NCBI GenBank assembly: GCA_964490765.1
Contig: CAZBDV010000009.1
Location: forward strand, 17,777 to 81,776
DNA: 64,000 nt
Direction: 5' to 3'
From: an uncultured Candidatus Cloacimonadota bacterium
GTDB lineage: Bacteria; Cloacimonadota; Cloacimonadia; Cloacimonadales; JAJBBL01
Part shown: piece by piece, positions 58,112 through 64,000 of the stretch
Layout: each line of letters opens with the position of its first letter
How positions within the stretch are numbered: the stretch's first letter is position 1
Program-made: the position numbers and the translations under genes
Notes under the pieces: generated by a model
The model's database searches: none
The model's input: only the letters and a program-made list of their open reading frames with translations
Told to the model about the DNA's origin: nothing

Positions 58112-59185
58112 ATGGAATACAGGGTTTTAGCCATTAATCCCGGCTCTACTTCAACCAAGATAGCACTATTTGATGATGATAAGGAATTATTCAACAAGAC
58201 TCTCCGTCACGATCCGGTAGAGCTGAACAAGCTCGGCGGCTTGTTAGATCAGTACGATTTCCGTAAGAATCTGGTTATGGAATCACTGCAGGAGAACAAC
58301 ATAGCTCCTGAGAGTCTGAAGGCTGTTGTTGGACGTGGAGGGCTTGTCAGACCTCTCGAGGGTGGTGTTTACAAAGTCAGTGAGAAGATGCTCAAAGATC
58401 TGAAAGACCCCAGTATCTGGGGCAGGATACATGCATCTAACCTTGGTGCCTTTATCGCCCGCTCCATCGCCGAAAGCCTTGATATACCTGCTTTTATTGT
58501 TGACCCTGTAACGGTTGATGAATTCGACGATATAGCCCGTATCTCAGGAATTCCTGAGATAGAAAGGAAATCACTCTTTCACGCTCTCAATATCCGTTAC
58601 ACAGCGCGTAGATTGGCCAGACAGCTCAATATTGACTTCCACAAGTCAAATATGATAGCTTCACATATGGGTGGCGGCATATCTATCGCAGCAATAAAAC
58701 AGGGAAGGGTAGTGGACGTCAATAATGCCCTGCTCGGCATGGGACCCTTTTCGCCGCAACGTGCAGGTGCACTCCCAATTGGTGACCTGCTGGAAATGGC
58801 TTATTCCGGAAAGTATACCCACAAAGAGCTTGTTACTTATCTTACCAAAAATGCCGGTCTGATGGCCTATCTGAATACTGATAGTGGTATAGAAGTCCAG
58901 AAACGAATAGATCAGGGAGACAAAAAGTTCAAGCTGATCAGGAATGCTATGTGTTATCAGATAGCTAAAGAGATCGGCGCTTGTGCGACAGTCCTGGAAG
59001 GTAAAGTTGACGCGATCTTTCTGACCGGCGGCCTCGCTTACGGTGAGCAACTGACTGGCGAGATCAAAAGGCGGGTGGAATTTATAGCTCCAATTTACAA
59101 TATGCCCGGGGAGAATGAGATGGAGGCTCTCAGTCAGGCTGGAGTCAACGTCCTTAAAGGTTTGGAAGAGGCGAGAGAATACTGA
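58112..59185 (+). CDS. buk: Butyrate kinase
   Basis: VLAINPGSTSTKIA, HMGGGISIAA, and LTGGLAY. GGAGG RBS before the ATG at 58112. Confidence 0.9.
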   Translation: MEYRVLAINPGSTSTKIALFDDDKELFNKTLRHDPVELNKLGGLLDQYDFRKNLVMESLQENNIAPESLKAVVGRGGLVRPLEGGVYKVSEKMLKDLKDPSIWGRIHASNLGAFIARSIAESLDIPAFIVDPVTVDEFDDIARISGIPEIERKSLFHALNIRYTARRLARQLNIDFHKSNMIASHMGGGISIAAIKQGRVVDVNNALLGMGPFSPQRAGALPIGDLLEMAYSGKYTHKELVTYLTKNAGLMAYLNTDSGIEVQKRIDQGDKKFKLIRNAMCYQIAKEIGACATVLEGKVDAIFLTGGLAYGEQLTGEIKRRVEFIAPIYNMPGENEMEALSQAGVNVLKGLEEAREY

Positions 59186-59189
59186 CACG

Positions 59190-60260
59190 ATGGCTTACCT
59201 GCAAGTCAGAAACCTCCGGGTTGTAATCGATGATTTCGTTCTGCAGGACATAGATTTCTCACTGGAGAGAGGGAAAATTCTAGCTCTTCTCGGCCCGAGT
59301 GGTTCCGGGAAAACCTCTCTGATACAGGCTATTGCCGGTCTGATTCCTGTTGCAGCAGGAGATATCTCAATCGATGATATAGATGTAACCGATACTCCGG
59401 TCCATAAACGTAATATCGGTATCGTTTTTCAGGATTTTGCCCTCTTTCCCCATCTCAATGTTTATGATAATATAGCCTTCGGTTTAAAATCCCGGAGAAT
59501 ATTCACCCGTAACCTTAATGATAGAATATCCTATCTCCTGCAGCTGGTAGGTCTCTCGGGATATGAGAAAAGAGACGTCACTACCCTGTCTGGTGGCGAA
59601 AAGCAGAGGGTAGCTCTGGCCAGGACACTAGCACCACAGCCCGAGATCATTCTCTTCGACGAACCGCTCAGTGCAGTCGATGAAGAACTCCGCACAAGGT
59701 TACGGGAACAGCTCTTTCGTATCCAGCAGGAGCTTGGCTTCACCGCGATTTATGTAACACACGACCGGGAGGAAGCGTTCTATTTCGCAGATAAGATAGG
59801 CATCATCTTTGCAGGGAGGATCTGGCAGATAGATACTCCGGAAGAGGTCTATGAAAGACCAGTCTCGCCGGTAATAGCCGGATTCCTCGGTATTGATAAC
59901 CGCCTTGCAGCCAATGTGATAGAAAAACAGAGAGAGGGTTACATGGTTGAGTATGCTGGCCTGAACATATATTTGAATACTAAAACCGATCTGAGCAAGG
60001 ATGACAGGATAGATATTCTGCTCAAACCGGAGAAGATCAAGCTCTCAGCAGAAAAGGATGCGGAAAACTCTCTCCCTATCAAGCTGCTCAGCAGCAGGAA
60101 CTACGGTTCCAAGACAGAATTCCTGGTCGAACTTGCCGGCCTGAACATGAAAATCATTCAAACGGGAGAAAAACTCCCCCTCATAAGCTCTGATCAACTC
60201 TATCTCAATCTTGACCAGGAGAGTATGCTGGTATATAAAGATGAAAAACTCATTAGCTAA
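59190..60260 (+). CDS. Importer-type ABC transporter ATP-binding protein (PotA/CysA/MalK-like, with C-terminal regulatory domain)
   Basis: GPSGSGKTS, LSGGEKQRVALAR, ILFDEPLSAVD, and a Q-loop. The C-terminal ~130 aa look TOBE-like. ATG at 59190 is 4 nt after the buk stop. No permease or binding-protein gene nearby. Confidence 0.85.
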   Translation: MAYLQVRNLRVVIDDFVLQDIDFSLERGKILALLGPSGSGKTSLIQAIAGLIPVAAGDISIDDIDVTDTPVHKRNIGIVFQDFALFPHLNVYDNIAFGLKSRRIFTRNLNDRISYLLQLVGLSGYEKRDVTTLSGGEKQRVALARTLAPQPEIILFDEPLSAVDEELRTRLREQLFRIQQELGFTAIYVTHDREEAFYFADKIGIIFAGRIWQIDTPEEVYERPVSPVIAGFLGIDNRLAANVIEKQREGYMVEYAGLNIYLNTKTDLSKDDRIDILLKPEKIKLSAEKDAENSLPIKLLSSRNYGSKTEFLVELAGLNMKIIQTGEKLPLISSDQLYLNLDQESMLVYKDEKLIS

Positions 60261-61449
60261 GAATCGTTTCCCTACCGCTTTTCTCCTTATCCTGCTCCTC
60301 CTGGCACTGGTGATAACTTCATGTTCTAAAGACTCCAGAGCAGACTGGACAATACTCGTATATATGGCAGCAGATAATGATCTCACACAGCAGGCTATCG
60401 AAGATATAGTGCAGATGGAAGAGGCTATATTATCATCGTCGGTCAATGTAATCGTGCAACTTGACCCCAATCAGTACAGCATAAATCCGGAAGCCAGGAG
60501 ATACAAAATCGAGCATAACAGGGATCCACAGATAACATCCCCTGTAGTTAAATACCTGGGAGAGGTTGATAGTGGAGATCAATACACCCTCGCTGATTTT
60601 GTCAATTGGACGGTAAGCTCCTATCCAGCCAATAGATATGCCCTCTTTGTCTGGTCTCACGGCAGTGGCTGGACACGAGATAATGGCCAGGCACGCTGGA
60701 TATGTCCAGATAATGATAGCCTGAATCAGATGAGCATAGCTAATGGCGAATTCAAGAATGCCTTCCAGCTCTTTCCCCGGAAAATGGATATCCTTGTCCT
60801 TGATGCCTGTTTTATGCAAACTATCGAAGTAATCACCGAGGTGTATCAATACAACAATTATATTGTAGGCTCAGAAAACAGTGTTCCTTATGAAGGATTT
60901 CCCTATAAAGAGATTCTGGAGCTCTGGAACGCATATCGCACTCCTGAGTATCTTGCCTCCGCAATTGTGGAGGAATATATCACTGCACATGAACCGGGTG
61001 GCAGCCAGAATCCAGGGGGGCTTGAAAGGAAAGCAACCTGCTCGGCAGCGAGTTCGGCTCAGTTACCAGATCTTTTAAACCTGATAAGCAGCTTTGTAAC
61101 AAACTGGCATCATATCGCCAATACAGACGCAGTCCTCTCAGCCAGGGAGAACAGCTACTCCTTCAATATTCCCCAGACAGAGGTTGATTTGAAGGAATTT
61201 TTCACTAACCTCTACCTGCAGACTGCTGATCCTCAGCTCCAAGCCGATGTCGAAGAAATCCTTCAGGCTATTGACAACCTCTTTATTGCTTACAATTCCA
61301 ATTTCCTGCCCGATAATACCGGAACGGCTACTGTCTGGTTTCCGACCCGGAATTACGATTTTTACGGCAGTATAGAACTCTATTCAAAGCTCGATTTTGC
61401 TCTTACTGATTGGGCGCTCTTCATCCAGCGCACCTTTGATGAAAAGTAA
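60241..61449 (+). CDS. Clostripain-family (peptidase C11-like) lipoprotein
   Basis: Lipobox LLLALVITSC. WTILVYMAADNDL, the catalytic His region VWSHGSGW, and the Cys region LVLDACFM. Confidence 0.8.
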   Translation: MKNSLAKNRFPTAFLLILLLLALVITSCSKDSRADWTILVYMAADNDLTQQAIEDIVQMEEAILSSSVNVIVQLDPNQYSINPEARRYKIEHNRDPQITSPVVKYLGEVDSGDQYTLADFVNWTVSSYPANRYALFVWSHGSGWTRDNGQARWICPDNDSLNQMSIANGEFKNAFQLFPRKMDILVLDACFMQTIEVITEVYQYNNYIVGSENSVPYEGFPYKEILELWNAYRTPEYLASAIVEEYITAHEPGGSQNPGGLERKATCSAASSAQLPDLLNLISSFVTNWHHIANTDAVLSARENSYSFNIPQTEVDLKEFFTNLYLQTADPQLQADVEEILQAIDNLFIAYNSNFLPDNTGTATVWFPTRNYDFYGSIELYSKLDFALTDWALFIQRTFDEK

Positions 61450-61453
61450 TCGA

Positions 61454-61485
61454 GGGGATGGACAAACCACCCCTTTCTTCTCTTC
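61454..61485 (+). terminator. Candidate rho-independent terminator after the C11 peptidase gene
   Basis: Stem ggggatgg/ccacccc has 7 bp and one bulged A, with loop acaaa, followed by TTTCTTCTCTTC. Confidence 0.45.
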
Positions 61486-61495
61486 GGCTTACCCT

Positions 61496-62257
61496 TTACG
61501 GTAATTTAACTGTCCAGCCACCATCAATTACCAGATTATGTCCATTGACATAACTCGAAGCATCAGAGGCGAGATAGACTACAGTTCCGATCAACTCATC
61601 AGCAGTAGCATGACGTCCCAGAGGAACATTCTTCTTCAGATTGTTCATGAACTCCTCATCTTTCAGAAAATCATCGGTCATATCGGTGGCAAAAACTCCG
61701 GGAGATATCGAGTTTACACGGAGTTTATGTCCCCATTCCACTGCTAATGTCATAGTCATCATAATAAGGCCAGCTTTGGATACTCCGTAAGGCATGTTAC
61801 CTGCACTACCACTAACGCCGGCAACACTGGCAATATTGATTATACTCCCTTTACCTCGCTTCAGCATCTGCTTACCTGCAGCCTGAGAACAGAGAAAAGG
61901 TCCGGTCAGATTAACAGCGACAACTTGATCCCAGGCATCCTTACTGAGCTCTTCTGTTTTGCCCCCCTTAAGTATACCGGCATTATTAACCAGAATATCT
62001 ATCTGTCCGAATTCTTCTAAACTCCTCTTGACCATTTTATCAACATCAGCTTTGTTACTGACATCGACCTTTACTCCGAGCGCTCTGTGTCCCGCTTTTT
62101 TAAATTCCTCAACTGCTTCTGAACTGTCGAGAATATCTGCTATAACAACATTTGCTCCCGCTTCAGCCAGACCTTTAGCCATGGCTTTTCCCAGTCCGCG
62201 GCTTGCACCCGTAACTATGGCAACTTGTCCCTCTAAATTGAATAGATTCTTTTGCAT
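61496..62257 (-). CDS. Short-chain dehydrogenase/reductase (FabG / gluconate-5-dehydrogenase-like)
   Basis: VTGASRGLGKAMA, NNAG, and catalytic YGVSKAGL. Confidence 0.85.
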   Translation of the reverse strand: MQKNLFNLEGQVAIVTGASRGLGKAMAKGLAEAGANVVIADILDSSEAVEEFKKAGHRALGVKVDVSNKADVDKMVKRSLEEFGQIDILVNNAGILKGGKTEELSKDAWDQVVAVNLTGPFLCSQAAGKQMLKRGKGSIINIASVAGVSGSAGNMPYGVSKAGLIMMTMTLAVEWGHKLRVNSISPGVFATDMTDDFLKDEEFMNNLKKNVPLGRHATADELIGTVVYLASDASSYVNGHNLVIDGGWTVKLP

Positions 62258-62268
62258 CGTTCTTCTCC

Positions 62269-62781
62269 TTACTTTTTCAAACTGCTTAGACTTTCTCTTA
62301 TGAATGCCGGCAAATCGGCTGGACTGCGGCTTGAGACAAAATTACCATCCACTACCACTTCTTCATCCAGATACTCAGCACCGGCGTTGATTATATCCTG
62401 CCTGATCGATTTCCAGCCGGTTATTTTACGCCCTTTTAAAACTTCGGCTGTTATTAAAAGCTGAGGCCCGTGACAGATCATGAAGAGTGGTTTGCCACTA
62501 TTTACAAAGTTCTTAACAAATTCAACCGGCTCTTCATAGGCCCTTAACTTATCAGGCGAATATCCTCCCGGGATTAAAAGAGCATCAAATTCACCCTCTG
62601 ATACATCACCGATCTTCTGGTCGATCACTACAGTTGTTCCACTTTTCTTGCCTTTAACTTTCTTACCTCTCTCCAATCCAAGATGAATAATCTCATGCCC
62701 CGCTTTCTGATAAGCTGAAACTGGCTCACTGTATTCGGAATCTTCGAACATATCATCAATTATTACTGCTATCTTGGCCAT
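62269..62781 (-). CDS. DJ-1/PfpI family protein
   Basis: Nucleophile elbow ICHGPQLL, plus DALLIPGG. GGAGG RBS before the ATG at 62781. The track start at 62844 is rejected. Confidence 0.85.
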   Translation of the reverse strand: MAKIAVIIDDMFEDSEYSEPVSAYQKAGHEIIHLGLERGKKVKGKKSGTTVVIDQKIGDVSEGEFDALLIPGGYSPDKLRAYEEPVEFVKNFVNSGKPLFMICHGPQLLITAEVLKGRKITGWKSIRQDIINAGAEYLDEEVVVDGNFVSSRSPADLPAFIRESLSSLKK

Positions 62782-62914
62782 CGTTACCTCCTCAAATACT
62801 CTTAGAATTAAAGCTCTACAACTATTCTCCCTCATAGGAGTCATAACTATAATATAACATAGAATTGACCATCTACCAACTTATCTCACGATAAATTAAA
62901 CCACTAATACCTGT

Positions 62915-63124
62915 TTATCCACACCAATTCTCATTTCCCGAAGACGTTTTTTCTTCATTATCGGGGTGAAGGAATCATAATTACCTGATATAACTGTTTT
63001 TAGGAAAACGGCTAACGATGTGGATAACTTGTGTATAAACAAAGTATTCTTGCCAGCTTTTTGAGTATCTCCCTGCCTGTCAATGCTTTAGAAAATTATC
63101 CCGTTTGGTTCGAAATGTGTATAA
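62915..63124. promoter_or_regulatory. DnaA-box cluster (four boxes)
   Basis: TTATCCACA at 62915-62923 is a perfect box. TGTGGATAA at 63019-63027 is a perfect box in the opposite orientation. TGTGTATAA at 63030-63038 and at 63116-63124 each carry one mismatch. Confidence 0.55.
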
Positions 63125-63306
63125 CTCCAATATCTAACCACTTTTTCTATCTTCATTTTTAACAGTAAGATACTCGATCCTGCATTCGATATTCAGTATT
63201 ACGGAACTCAATACAGTTTGCCTCTTCACCTGCAGACATTTCCCTTGACACTTCATCATCATTTTATGTAACTCAATGTAAGACAATCATATTGGGGAGG
63301 ATTATA

Positions 63307-64000
63307 ATGGATAAGAATCTGGCTGGAATCAGAAAAGTCCAGGATGCTGAACTCAGGGATAAGGTTGTTTTGGTGAGAGTTGATCACAATGTAGTAAAAG
63401 AGGGTATGATCAAAGATCCTTTCCGCATAGACATCACGCTTGGCACTATGTTCAATATCCTTGCTAAAGGTGGGAAGCTTATACTGATGACTCACGTCGG
63501 CAGGCCGAGGGATAAGAAGACCGGAGAGATCAAGGTGTCTGATAAGACGTCTGTCGAACCGATAGTCAGTTACTTACAGAAAAAACTCTATGTCAAGTTC
63601 AGTATTCCAGAATTCGAGGTCGACGGCAATAACGGTCTGAAATGGGACAGTGCACTTATGCAGCATCACGTTGAAGACCTGCGTTCCGGTAAGATCAGTG
63701 GTATCTATCTCCCCAATACCCGCTGGTTTAGAGGTGAGGAGGATAAGGGTAAATATGCTGCTGAATTCGCAGCCCAGTTGGCAGAGATTGCCGATATTTT
63801 CGTCAATGACGCATTCGGTTCCTGGCAGCCACACGTCTCCACCGTCGGTGTTACAAAGCATCTTCCCTCATATTCAGGACGCCTGATGCAAAACGAGATC
63901 ATTGAACTGCAAAGTATCTTTCAGCCGGAACAACCTCTTGTCGCAGTAGTTGCAGGTTCGAAATTTGATACCAAAATCGGTCCTCTACGAGCTCTCCTGG
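63307..64000 (+). CDS. pgk: Phosphoglycerate kinase family protein (3'-truncated at window edge; absent from ORF track)
   Basis: GGGGAGG RBS, then the ATG at 63307, with the frame open to nt 64000. Translation reads MDKNLAGIRKVQDAELRDKVVLVRVDHNVV...RIDITLGT...GGKLILMTHVGRP...FVNDAFGS...VVAGSKFDTKIGPL, which matches PGK N-domain motifs. Confidence 0.8.
   Translation, partial: MDKNLAGIRKVQDAELRDKVVLVRVDHNVVKEGMIKDPFRIDITLGTMFNILAKGGKLILMTHVGRPRDKKTGEIKVSDKTSVEPIVSYLQKKLYVKFSIPEFEVDGNNGLKWDSALMQHHVEDLRSGKISGIYLPNTRWFRGEEDKGKYAAEFAAQLAEIADIFVNDAFGSWQPHVSTVGVTKHLPSYSGRLMQNEIIELQSIFQPEQPLVAVVAGSKFDTKIGPLRALL

Noticed and set aside
63259-63902. Four short ORFs listed at the right edge (63259..63495, 63574..63861, 63650..63886, 63705..63902)
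   Set aside because: All overlap the open-ended pgk reading frame starting at 63307, which has an RBS and clear PGK motifs. They are shadow ORFs.
1-64000. Searched by eye for tRNA/rRNA/tmRNA/RNase P signatures, CRISPR-like spaced repeats, long direct or inverted repeats, and integrase, transposase or phage genes
   Set aside because: None recognised. All intergenic gaps are under 500 nt and lack T-loop GTTCGAATC-type motifs or periodic repeats. A proper covariance-model scan (tRNAscan-SE or Infernal) would be needed to exclude small ncRNAs.

Overview
64 kb of mostly core chromosome from an anaerobic, Gram-negative-type bacterium. I support about 58 protein genes in alternating strand blocks. 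I found no rRNA, tRNA, CRISPR array, transposase, integrase or prophage signature. An FCB-group or Cloacimonadota-like origin is my inference only. It rests on a T9SS-type C-terminal sorting domain on a GLUG-repeat surface protein, DUF2851/DUF3108/DUF4019 proteins, butyrate kinase and pyruvoyl-type polyamine enzymes. Recognisable housekeeping genes are mutS, proS (archaeal/eukaryal type), ileS (type 2), aroA, gpmI, coaBC, queA, birA, ispD, ispF, cinA, buk and pgk. pgk is 3'-truncated and absent from the ORF track; a U32 peptidase is 5'-truncated at the other edge. Recognisable operons are fur-feoB-feoA-feoC with a Fur-box-like palindrome, and speD-pdaD-speE-speB for polyamines. Regions worth a second look: (1) a four-gene envelope module, secreted protein + FecR-domain protein + 787-aa OM beta-barrel + CHASE2 adenylate cyclase, at 26.9-33.0 kb. 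(2) A compact cluster resembling the Desulfovibrio orange-protein (ORP) complex, with DUF134, two NifX-like proteins, two MinD-ferredoxin ATPases, DUF5320 and Mrp/NBP35, at 33.2-37.3 kb. (3) A 1121-aa TerB-like + FHA-like + ABCG-type transporter fusion. (4) A 918-aa GlmS-like protein with an N-terminal propeptide, wedged between ispD and ispF. (5) A DnaA-box cluster upstream of pgk. (6) A strongly SD-preceded 45-codon uORF upstream of the polyamine operon. None of these is proven novel from sequence alone. All domain calls come from motif recognition by eye, not from searches.
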